The position numbers and the translations under genes were made by a program. A stretch of 39,699 bases of DNA, taken from NCBI GenBank assembly GCA_966423695.1, contig CBJLKR010000001.1, forward strand, positions 1 to 39,699. The letters are read 5' to 3'. Below, one piece after another: positions 19,169-26,829 of the stretch. Within the stretch, counting starts at the first letter, position 1. Each line of letters opens with the position of its first letter. This DNA comes from an uncultured bacterium. GTDB lineage: Bacteria; Chloroflexota; Dormibacteria; Dormibacterales; Dormibacteraceae. Under the pieces are notes generated by a model. The model was not told the origin of the DNA, searched no databases, and was given only the letters and a program-made list of their open reading frames with translations.

Positions 19169-19484
19169 AGGAACCGCTGTCGCGCACGGCCAGGTCAGCC
19201 AGCACCTTGCGGTCGATCTCCACTCCGGCCTGGCGAAGGCCGTGCATCAGTTTGTTGTAAGGCAGCCCCGACTGCCGGGAGGCGGCGTTGATGCGCGCGA
19301 TCCAGAGCTGGCGCATCTCCCGCTTGCGCCGCCGCCGGTCGCGGAACGCGTAGGCAAGGGCGTGCAGGACCGCCTCGTTGGCGGGGCGGAACAGGAGCTT
19401 CTTCGAAAGCCGGAAGCCCTTGGCCCGGTCGAGGATCGCCTTGTGGCGTCGATGCGCGGGGACGCCCCGCTTGACCCGTGCCAT
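19131..19484 (-). CDS. rplT: 50S ribosomal protein L20
   Basis: [24 protein letters not shown]...[11 protein letters not shown], 117 aa. Confidence 0.97.
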   Translation of the reverse strand: MARVKRGVPAHRRHKAILDRAKGFRLSKKLLFRPANEAVLHALAYAFRDRRRRKREMRQLWIARINAASRQSGLPYNKLMHGLRQAGVEIDRKVLADLAVRDSGSFARLVEVAKENL

Positions 19485-19487
19485 TCC

Positions 19488-19682
19488 TTACTTCCCGAGC
19501 GCTCGGAGGACCGTCTTGCGGTCGGCCTTGGAGACCGGCTGCTCGGTGTGGTCCTTGCGCTTGTGCTTCTTCGACTTCTGGTGCAGGCGGTGGCTCGTCC
19601 ACGAGTTGCGCCGCACGATCTTGCCGTTCCGCGTCACCCGGACGCGCTTGGCGAGGCCCTTCATCGTCTTGACCTTAGGCAC
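19488..19682 (-). CDS. rpmI: 50S ribosomal protein L35
   Basis: (M)PKVKTMKGLAKRVRVTRNGKIVRR...HRLHQKS, 64 aa. GTG start overlaps the infC TAA by 8 nt. Confidence 0.95.
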   Translation of the reverse strand: MPKVKTMKGLAKRVRVTRNGKIVRRNSWTSHRLHQKSKKHKRKDHTEQPVSKADRKTVLRALGK

Positions 19683-20199
19683 TGGTCGTCACCTGCTCCT
19701 TCGCGGGCTGCCGCGTGGGGGCGAGGATCATGAACAGGTTCTTGCCCTCGAGCAGCGGCTGGCGCTCGACCACGGCGAACTGCTTGGCGTCGTCCGCCAC
19801 GCGGTCGAGAATCCTCCTGCCGAGCTCCTGGTGGACCATCTCGCGGCCCCTGAACATGATCGTCACCTTGACCTTCTCTCCTGCCTCGAGGAACTGCCTC
19901 AAACCCTTGAACTTGGTCTGGAAGTCGTGCTCCGCGACCTTCGGGCGAAGCTTCATCTCCTTCAACTTGATGACGTTCTGCTTCCGCCGCTGGTCCTTCT
20001 CGCGCTTGACGGTCTCGAACTTGTAGCGTCCGTAGTCCATCAGGCGGCAGACCGGCGGGCTTGCCTGCGGCGCCACCTCGACGAGGTCAAGCCCCTTCTC
20101 GTTCGCGATCCGGAGCGCGGCGTCCAGGGAAAGGACGCCCAACTGGTTGTTCTGGTCGTCGATCAGTCGCACTTCGTTGGTGCGGATCTGATCGTTGAT
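19675..20199 (-). CDS. infC: translation initiation factor IF-3 (non-AUG start)
   Basis: INDQIRTNEVRLIDDQNNQLGV...PPVCRLMDYGRYKFE is a canonical IF-3. The track ORF starts at the internal GTG (VRLID). The conserved N-terminus requires an upstream start: ATC 20199..20197 with AAGGAG 6 nt upstream, or ATA 20220..20218 with GAGGT 8 nt upstream. An in-frame TGA lies just upstream of the ATA. Confidence 0.93.
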   Translation of the reverse strand: MNDQIRTNEVRLIDDQNNQLGVLSLDAALRIANEKGLDLVEVAPQASPPVCRLMDYGRYKFETVKREKDQRRKQNVIKLKEMKLRPKVAEHDFQTKFKGLRQFLEAGEKVKVTIMFRGREMVHQELGRRILDRVADDAKQFAVVERQPLLEGKNLFMILAPTRQPAKEQVTTSA

Positions 20200-20297
20200 C
20201 CTCAGCTCCTTAAACGGTATGGGACCAGACCTCGGTCAAATTCAGGGTTGCCTATTCCTCCTGGTTGTATGTGCGCCCTGCGCGCGCCCGGCGCCAG

Positions 20298-20330
20298 ATA
20301 AAACAAAACGGACAGCACGCCGCCGTCCGC
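20298..20330 (-). terminator. intrinsic terminator-like hairpin plus U-tract inside the infC 5' leader (candidate attenuator)
   Basis: The minus strand reads cGGACGGC-ggcgt-GCTGTCCg followed by TTTTGTTTTAT. It lies about 100 nt upstream of the infC start. T-runs are otherwise rare in this GC-rich window. Confidence 0.5.
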
Positions 20331-20470
20331 TCACACGAACCCGTTCGAGTTGCCTCTGCGGGTGAGGGCGGCGCCCTGCTTCAGACCGGGGATGGTACCG
20401 GAAACGTAACTCGCTGCGCAAAATACGGTTGCTCTTGCGAATGGAAACGCAGCCCCGCCTCCCGGCACCC

Positions 20471-21589
20471 ATGAGACCGGCGGCCGTCCTGGCCGCGCTG
20501 CTGATCGCGGCGGGCTGTGGGCCGGGCGGGTCGAACACCGCGGCGAGCCACACCCCGTCACCGGCGGCGTCCGCCTCGACCGCACCGTCGGCCGGTGCTT
20601 CAGGCCAGCCTTCCGCGAGCCCCACCAGCCCCCCGCCGGTCTCCACGCCGTATGGCGTGCTCGTCGGCAGCCAGGCAGCGTCCAGCTACAGCGTCACGCT
20701 CGTGGGCGGCGACGGCCACGTCGCAGCTTCCGCTGAGGCGACGACGCCTCCGGTGACCACCTGCGGCACGGCGGCCGCGGCGCCCTTCCCGCTGCCCGTC
20801 AGCACCAGCAACTCACGCCTGTACTTCATGGACGGCATGGGCGTCGTCCACTACCTCGGCCCCAACGGCGACACCGGCAAGGCCACCACCGTGCCGGCGC
20901 CGGCATCCTCGCGGCGGGCCACCTTCGCGGTCAGCCCCGACGACAGGCGGATCGCGGTCGTGGTCGCGACCTACACGTCGAGCGGCGCCTCGACCAGCCT
21001 CTACGTCGAGGACCTCGCCGGCGGCAACCGAATCGACCTCTTCACCCAGACGGGGGCGAAGACCCTGTGGGCGGTCGGGTGGCATGGGACGAACAACCTC
21101 GTGCTCGCCGTCGTGCCGTCGTGCACCCAGGGCGGCGGTCTTTTCTGCTGCGGCATGGGTGAGATACATGTCGTCGACCCGGCCACCGCAACGCGCCGTT
21201 TCACCCTCGGCGCCTATGGCAGCTGCCCGATCGCCGGACCTCCCTCCCCCGCGGGCGTCGTCTGCACGACCGGTCCCGCGTACACGAGCGCGACGTACCT
21301 GAGCTGGGTGGGCGCGACGGTCAAGACGCTTGCCTTGAACGGCCCCTCCTCTTCGTTCGTCAACCCTGGAGGCACGATGGTCGCGATGGTCGACAGCAGC
21401 GGCACGAACTTCACGATCGGCGCGCCCACGATCCCCAACATGTATGCGTGCGGCTGGATCGACGATACGCACGTGCTGGCGGGCGGCGACGCGCAGCACC
21501 AGCCCCGGGTCGCGGAGGTGATCAACAGCACGATCGTCCCCGTCGCGGCGGTGGGCGATTGCGGCGGCCGGCTTCCGGGTGGCCTGTAG
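20471..21589 (+). CDS. secreted Cys-rich lipoprotein with PD40/beta-propeller-like repeats, function unknown
   Basis: MRPAAVLAALLIAAGC is a signal peptide plus lipobox. A Pro/Ser/Thr/Ala linker follows, then a ~300 aa domain with FAVSPDDRRIAVVV-type strands and about 10 Cys. The track ORF starts at TTG 20429; ATG 20441 or ATG 20471 are more plausible. Confidence 0.7.
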   Translation: MRPAAVLAALLIAAGCGPGGSNTAASHTPSPAASASTAPSAGASGQPSASPTSPPPVSTPYGVLVGSQAASSYSVTLVGGDGHVAASAEATTPPVTTCGTAAAAPFPLPVSTSNSRLYFMDGMGVVHYLGPNGDTGKATTVPAPASSRRATFAVSPDDRRIAVVVATYTSSGASTSLYVEDLAGGNRIDLFTQTGAKTLWAVGWHGTNNLVLAVVPSCTQGGGLFCCGMGEIHVVDPATATRRFTLGAYGSCPIAGPPSPAGVVCTTGPAYTSATYLSWVGATVKTLALNGPSSSFVNPGGTMVAMVDSSGTNFTIGAPTIPNMYACGWIDDTHVLAGGDAQHQPRVAEVINSTIVPVAAVGDCGGRLPGGL

Positions 21590-23359
21590 CTAGCGCCGAC
21601 GCTCCGCGATCTCGGCCGATACGTCCCGCACGAAGGCAGCGAGGTCCACGCGCTCCTGCCCGCCGCCGCGGCGGTTGACGTTGACCGAGTTCGACTCGAC
21701 CTCCGCCGGGCCGACGACCGCGATGTAGGGCACCTTCTTCGTCTTGGCGTCGCGAATCTTGCGGTCGAGGCGCTCCGAACGTGTGTCGAGCTGGACGCGG
21801 ACCCGTGACTTTCGCAGCTCGGCGCCGACTTTCGCGGCGTAGTCGTTGAACTCGTCCCGGACCGACGCGACCACGACCTGCGTCGGGTGCAGCCAGGTGG
21901 GGAACGCGCCCGCCCAGCGCTCGATCAGGTAGCTGAAGACCCGTTCCATCGCGCCCGCCGCTCCGCGGTGGACCATGACGGGACGCTTGCGCGAGCCGTC
22001 TTCGGCGACGTACTCGAGCTCGAAGCGCTGCGGCAGCTGGAAGTCGAGCTGCACCGTCGAGTTGGTGAACTCGCGACCGTGCGCGTCGCGCACCTGGAAG
22101 TCGATCTTCGGACCGTAGAAAGCAGCCTCACCCGCCTTCACGGTGTACGGCTGGCCCATCGAATCGAGCGCCTGCTCGAGCGCCGCCTGGGCCTCCGCCC
22201 ACTGCTCCTCGGTGCCGAGCCACTTCTCCTTGGCGTTGTCTCGCGTCGCCACCTCGTACCGGAACTCGTCGATGCCCAGCACTGTCGAGAAGTACAGGGC
22301 GAGGTCGATGGCGCCCTTCACCTCTTCCATCAGCTGGTCCGGCGTGCAGAAGATGTGCGCGTCGTTCAGCGCGAAGGAGCGCACGCGGTTGAGTCCCGCC
22401 AGCGTGCCCGACCGTTCGTAGCGCCAGTTGTTGCCGATCTCGGCGATGCGCAGCGGGAGTTCGCGGTAGCTGCGCAGCTCGGTCTGGTAGACGACGATGT
22501 GGTGCGGGCAGTTGACCGGCCGCAGCTCGAGCTCCTCCCCGTCCTCGAACTCCATCGGCGGGTACATGAGCTCCTTGTAGAGCTGCACGTGCCCGCTCTG
22601 GCGGAAGAGGTCGAGGCGCGCCACGTCGGGCGTCCGTACGTGCTGGTAGCCGCGCGCGAGCTCCTCGTCGACGACGAAGCGCTCGATCTCGCGGCGGATG
22701 GTGGCGCCGTCGGGGAGCCACAGCGGCAGGCCCGGACCCACGCGGTCGTCGATGGCGAAGAGCTTGAGCTCCTTGCCGAGCTTCTTGTGGTCGCGCTTCT
22801 CCGCCTCTTCCAGGAGCTTGAGGTAGTCGTCGAGCTCTTTCTGGGTCGGCCACGCGGTGCCGTAGATGCGCGTGAGCTGCGGCTTCTTCTCGTCGCCACG
22901 CCAGTACGCGCCGGCGACGCGCATGAGCTTGAACGCCTTGAGGTCCTTGGTCGAGGCGACGTGCGGTCCCCGGCACAGGTCTAGGAATTCTCCGGTGCGG
23001 TACACGCTGACCCCGTCCCCTTCGACCTTGTCCTCGATCAGCTCGATCTTGTAGTCCTGGCCGCGCCTGCGAAACTCCTCGAGCGCCTCGGCGCGCGGCA
23101 GGGTCTCGTGGACGAATGCGATGTTCGCCTGGGCGAGCCGGCGCATTCGCGTCTCGATCGCCGGCAGGTCCGACTCGGAGATCGGAGTGCCGAAGTCGAA
23201 GTCGTAATAGAAGCCCGGAGGGTTCTCGATCGGCGGGCCTATGCCGTACCTGGCGTGGGGATAGAGCTCGGTGACGGCGGCAGCAAGAAGGTGCGCGGTC
23301 GAGTGCCGCAGGGTGTGCAGCGGATCGTCACTCGACTCGTGGTCGCCGTATTCGGCCAT
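21590..23359 (-). CDS. thrS: threonine--tRNA ligase (no N-terminal TGS domain)
   Basis: 589 aa. The editing-domain HxxxH (RHSTAHLLAAA) lies at residues ~18-24. Class II core and anticodon-binding domain are present. TAG stop directly abuts the convergent lipoprotein TAG (TAGCTA). Confidence 0.96.
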   Translation of the reverse strand: MAEYGDHESSDDPLHTLRHSTAHLLAAAVTELYPHARYGIGPPIENPPGFYYDFDFGTPISESDLPAIETRMRRLAQANIAFVHETLPRAEALEEFRRRGQDYKIELIEDKVEGDGVSVYRTGEFLDLCRGPHVASTKDLKAFKLMRVAGAYWRGDEKKPQLTRIYGTAWPTQKELDDYLKLLEEAEKRDHKKLGKELKLFAIDDRVGPGLPLWLPDGATIRREIERFVVDEELARGYQHVRTPDVARLDLFRQSGHVQLYKELMYPPMEFEDGEELELRPVNCPHHIVVYQTELRSYRELPLRIAEIGNNWRYERSGTLAGLNRVRSFALNDAHIFCTPDQLMEEVKGAIDLALYFSTVLGIDEFRYEVATRDNAKEKWLGTEEQWAEAQAALEQALDSMGQPYTVKAGEAAFYGPKIDFQVRDAHGREFTNSTVQLDFQLPQRFELEYVAEDGSRKRPVMVHRGAAGAMERVFSYLIERWAGAFPTWLHPTQVVVASVRDEFNDYAAKVGAELRKSRVRVQLDTRSERLDRKIRDAKTKKVPYIAVVGPAEVESNSVNVNRRGGGQERVDLAAFVRDVSAEIAERRR

Positions 23360-23369
23360 GGGGCCGTCC

Positions 23370-23375
23370 AGTATA
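23370..23375 (-). promoter_or_regulatory. -10-like box TATACT 10 nt upstream of the thrS ATG
   Basis: It is the only AT-rich element in the 25-nt thrS/dedA divergent spacer (ccAGTATATGaag). It fits the TANNNT pattern. No SD is visible. Confidence 0.3.
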
Positions 23376-23384
23376 TGAAGCCAC

Positions 23385-23975
23385 GTGAACTGGCCCGGAA
23401 TCGTCGACGCCGTCGGCTACCCCTCGGCCGGCCTCGGCATTCTCATCGAGAGCACGGGCATCCCCTTCCCCGGCGAGACGCTGCTTCTGTTCGCCGCGGC
23501 GTGGGCCGCGGCAGGCCATCACTCGATCGCGATCGTCATCCTCTTCGCCTTCGCCGGCGCGACGGCCGGCGCCGACCTCGGCTACCTATTGGGCTATCGC
23601 GGCGGCAGGCCGTTCGTGGAGCGGTTCGGGGCGACGCTGCACATCAGGCCTGAGCAGCTGGCGCGGGCCGAGCTCTTCTTCGCGCGCCACGGCGACAAGG
23701 CGATCCTCGCCGGGCGCTTCCTGCTCGGGCTCCGCACGTGGGGGTCCATGCTCGCGGGCATGGCCCGCATGCCGTTCTGGCGGTTCCAGGCTTTCAGCGC
23801 GCTCGGCGGCCTCTTGTGGGCGGCGGTCATCGGAACCGCCGGCTACTTTCTCGGGAGCAACCTCGCGCTGCTCGAGGCGAGCATCCGCGCGATCGGGATC
23901 GGCGGGCTGGTCTTCGTCGTCGTCATCGCGTCGGTGTTGGTTGTGGCTCAGCAGCGCGCAACCCGCCGGCGATGA
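23385..23975 (+). CDS. dedA: DedA family membrane protein
   Basis: 196 aa with LGILIESTGIPFPGETLLL...GADLGYLLGYRGGRPFVERF...ILAGRFLLGLRTW, typical of the DedA/SNARE-associated family. GTG start. Confidence 0.85.
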   Translation: MNWPGIVDAVGYPSAGLGILIESTGIPFPGETLLLFAAAWAAAGHHSIAIVILFAFAGATAGADLGYLLGYRGGRPFVERFGATLHIRPEQLARAELFFARHGDKAILAGRFLLGLRTWGSMLAGMARMPFWRFQAFSALGGLLWAAVIGTAGYFLGSNLALLEASIRAIGIGGLVFVVVIASVLVVAQQRATRRR

Positions 23976-25242
23976 CGCCGAAGCCGCCCCCAAGCAGAAC
24001 AACGCCGAGGCCGCCGAGCACCTGCGCGGTGCCGATGGTGTCCGCGAGCGCGGCCGCGATCAGCACCGGCAGCGCGGATACCCCGTTGATCACCATGTAG
24101 AGCAGGGCGAAGATCCGGCCCCGGATCGCGTCGCTCGTCGACTCCATCAGGTAGGTGATGGCCGGGATCAGGATGGCGCCGAACTCGACGCCGAGCAGGA
24201 AGCTGAACGTCGCCCCGGTGATCCGGTTGTGCACCTGCAGGTCGGGGAAGTGGCGCATCGCCTCCGGCACCGCCGCGAGGGCGAGCAGCGTCGCGCCGTT
24301 GGCGACGAGCGAACCGGCGAGCACTCGCGAGCGATCGAGCGAACGGAGGAACTGGCCTAGCAGGATCGCGCTGAGAATCGCGCCCGCGGTCGCGGGGCCG
24401 AGGATGACGTAGGTGTCTTCGGGAGAGATCCCAATGACCTTGCTCACGTACGCGGGCGCCAGCGTGTAGAGCATGAACAGGACCAGGACGGCGATGCTCA
24501 CCTGCCCGAACGCGAGGCGGAGGCCGCGCGACGCGCGCAGCGCCTCGAAGCCCTCCTGCAGGTCGACGAGCATCACGTGGAACCGGCTCCGGCTCTCCTC
24601 GACCGGAGAAACCGTGCGTCTCTCGAGCGCCGGGATCTCGGACGCAAAGATGAGCGACGCCCCGACGAGTAGCAGCGCGACCGCGCACCAGTACGGCGCG
24701 TAGAGGTCGATCCTCGACACGATCGGCGCCAGCACGCCGCCCACGACGAGGGTCAACACCATGGTCAGCAGCGACATCGAGTTCGCCGTGATGAGCGCCT
24801 CGCGCGGCAGGATCGTCGGGATCACCGCGGCCTCGGCGGGCCCGAATAGCTGGCCGACGGCGGAGAAGATGAACGTGATGAGCAGAAGGTGGAGGAAGTC
24901 GTCCTTCACGCCGGGGATGACCGACGCGATCGGGATCAGGGCGCCGGCGGCGGCCCGGCCGACGTTGCACCACAGCATGATCTGCTTGCGATTAAGGCGG
25001 TCGGCGATGACGCCTGCGGGCGGTGCGAGGAGGACCGCGGGGACCGTGTACGTGAGGAGCGTCACAGCGACGGACGTGCTGCCGCCGGAGATGTGGTACG
25101 CGAGGATGATCAGGGAGAAAAGCAAGAACTTGTCCGCCAGCTGAGCGGCCAGCTGGGCGAACCAGATGTTGCGAAACGCGGTGTACCGGAGAGCGCCGCG
25201 AAACCCGCCGGGAGCCTCGACCGGCAGCCTGATCGGATCCAA
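23923..25242 (-). CDS. MFS transporter (MFS_3/EntS-like)
   Basis: 439 aa, about 12 TM, with FRNIWFAQLAAQLADKF...GVIADRLNRKQIM. TTG start. Its 3' end overlaps the convergent dedA by 53 nt. Confidence 0.85.
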   Translation of the reverse strand: MDPIRLPVEAPGGFRGALRYTAFRNIWFAQLAAQLADKFLLFSLIILAYHISGGSTSVAVTLLTYTVPAVLLAPPAGVIADRLNRKQIMLWCNVGRAAAGALIPIASVIPGVKDDFLHLLLITFIFSAVGQLFGPAEAAVIPTILPREALITANSMSLLTMVLTLVVGGVLAPIVSRIDLYAPYWCAVALLLVGASLIFASEIPALERRTVSPVEESRSRFHVMLVDLQEGFEALRASRGLRLAFGQVSIAVLVLFMLYTLAPAYVSKVIGISPEDTYVILGPATAGAILSAILLGQFLRSLDRSRVLAGSLVANGATLLALAAVPEAMRHFPDLQVHNRITGATFSFLLGVEFGAILIPAITYLMESTSDAIRGRIFALLYMVINGVSALPVLIAAALADTIGTAQVLGGLGVVLLGGGFGVIAGGLRAAEPQPTPTR

Positions 25243-25254
25243 GACCGCTAGAGC

Positions 25255-26076
25255 CTAACGACCGGGAGACGAGTTGAATGCGCGGTAGACCGCTTCCCAC
25301 TCGGCCAGGGTCAGCGTCTGGGGCCGGCGCGTCAGGTCGATATCGATCTCGGCGCCTCGAACGCGACCCAGGCGCGCAAGCGTGCCGCCGATCTGCTTGC
25401 GCCGGAACTGGAACACGGCCTCGACAAAGCGCAGGAAGGCGCGCATGTCATCGACGTCCACAGCTGGGCGCGCACGGACCTCGAGCACGACGAGCGCCGA
25501 GTCGACGCGCGGCGGCGGCATGAACGCTTCGCGCGGAATGGTCATCACAAGCCGCGGCTGCGCAAAGACCTGCACGGCCACCGTGGCGAGGCTTGCCATC
25601 GTCGTCGCCGTCCAGCGCGCCGCGACCTCCTTCTGGACGACGAGCGAAAGCCGACGGGGGCGGGGCGGCTCGTCGAGGAGCTTGGGGAGGAGCGCGCCCG
25701 TCAGGTTGTACGGGATGTTGCCGGCCACGATCTCGTCGCCGCCGGGGAACGCCCCCGCGACGTCGAAGCGAAGGATGTCCGCCTGCACGACCTCGACGTT
25801 CGCCAGGCCCGCGACCACCTCGCGCAGCGCCGGGATGAGGGCGCGGTCGAACTCGACGGCGACCACCCGCTTCGCCCGCGCGGCGAGCGCGACGGTCAGG
25901 GTGCCGGTGCCGGCCCCCACCTCGAGCACCTCGTCGCCCTGGGTGACCCCGGCCGCGTCCGCGACGGCGTCGCGAAGCGCGGGCTCGACGAGGAAGTTCT
26001 GGCCGAGGCGGTGCTGGAGCGTGATCCGGTGGCGGCGGAGGAGCTGCTCGAGCTCCCCGGCCTGTGCCGGGTCCAT
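25255..26076 (-). CDS. rsmA: 16S rRNA (adenine1518/1519-N6)-dimethyltransferase RsmA/KsgA
   Basis: The real start is ATG 26076..26074 (MDPAQAGELEQLLRRHRITLQHRLGQNFLV...). SAM motif VLEVGAGTGTLT and NIPYN are present. The upstream 97 aa of the track ORF are rejected. The ATG overlaps the tatD TAA by 1 nt. Confidence 0.93.
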   Translation of the reverse strand: MDPAQAGELEQLLRRHRITLQHRLGQNFLVEPALRDAVADAAGVTQGDEVLEVGAGTGTLTVALAARAKRVVAVEFDRALIPALREVVAGLANVEVVQADILRFDVAGAFPGGDEIVAGNIPYNLTGALLPKLLDEPPRPRRLSLVVQKEVAARWTATTMASLATVAVQVFAQPRLVMTIPREAFMPPPRVDSALVVLEVRARPAVDVDDMRAFLRFVEAVFQFRRKQIGGTLARLGRVRGAEIDIDLTRRPQTLTLAEWEAVYRAFNSSPGR

Positions 26077-26825
26077 TACTTCATCTTTGGGAAGAGCGCG
26101 ATCGCGTTGGAGCGCTCCTGGTCGCCCAGCTGCTCGACGCTGATGCCGCGCAGCTCCGCCACCACCTCGGCGGTGTCCACCAGGTACGCGGGACGGTTCG
26201 GCACGCCCATCCGCTTCTGGGCGTTGCCGTAGGGCGAATCCGTCTCGAGAAGGATCCGGTCGGCCGGGCAGCGCTTGACCACCTCGCGCAGCTCGTCGCG
26301 GCTCGGGCGAGTGACGAGCCCGGCGAACGAGAGGTAGAAGCCGACGTCGAGGAACTTCTGGGCCCACTCCCAGTCGAGGGCGAAGTAGTGCATCACGCCG
26401 CGGATGCCGCCGTGGGCCTTGATCGCATCCAGGATCTCCTGCGCCGCCCCACGGTTGTGGAGGCCCACGGGCAGCTGGAGCTCGACCGCGAGCGCGAACA
26501 TCTCGTTCAGGCGCTGGATCTGGAGCTCGCGGTGGGGACCGCCGATGTGCTCGAAGTCGAGCCCGATCTCGCCGACGACCACGACCATCTCGTCCTTGGC
26601 GAGCTCACGCAGCGCCTGGAGATCCGGCTCCGACACCTCGAGCGGGTGGTGTCCGACCCCCGCCCAAACCTCCTCGTACGCGTGGCCGAGGCTGACGGCG
26701 TTGGCGCTCTGCTCGAGGTTCACCCCGACGCCGATCAGGCGCGTCACGCCCGCGGCGTTGGCCTGCTGCACCACCTCGGTCGCGTCGCCGAGCTCTTCGA
26801 GGTGAAGGTGCGTGTCGACGAACAT
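26076..26825 (-). CDS. tatD: TatD family metal-dependent hydrolase
   Basis: MFVDTHLHL...GEIGLDF...GLHNRGA...VMHYF...LLETDSPY, the TatD metal-ligand pattern. Confidence 0.92.
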   Translation of the reverse strand: MFVDTHLHLEELGDATEVVQQANAAGVTRLIGVGVNLEQSANAVSLGHAYEEVWAGVGHHPLEVSEPDLQALRELAKDEMVVVVGEIGLDFEHIGGPHRELQIQRLNEMFALAVELQLPVGLHNRGAAQEILDAIKAHGGIRGVMHYFALDWEWAQKFLDVGFYLSFAGLVTRPSRDELREVVKRCPADRILLETDSPYGNAQKRMGVPNRPAYLVDTAEVVAELRGISVEQLGDQERSNAIALFPKMK

Positions 26826-26829
26826 GGCG

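Noticed and set aside
20326-20345. CGAAC-GGG-TTCG in the infC leader, and a search for LexA (GAAC-N4-GTTC) boxes near dinG, recN and ruvCAB
   Set aside because: The spacing is wrong for a Cheo/LexA box. No properly spaced box was seen upstream of the SOS-type genes, most of which have no free upstream DNA here.
23923-23975. 53-nt convergent overlap of the dedA and MFS transporter 3' ends, considered as a possible regulatory antisense arrangement
   Set aside because: Both C-terminal tails are poorly conserved, low-information sequence. The overlap may simply reflect late stop codons in GC-rich DNA, and nothing specific supports regulation.
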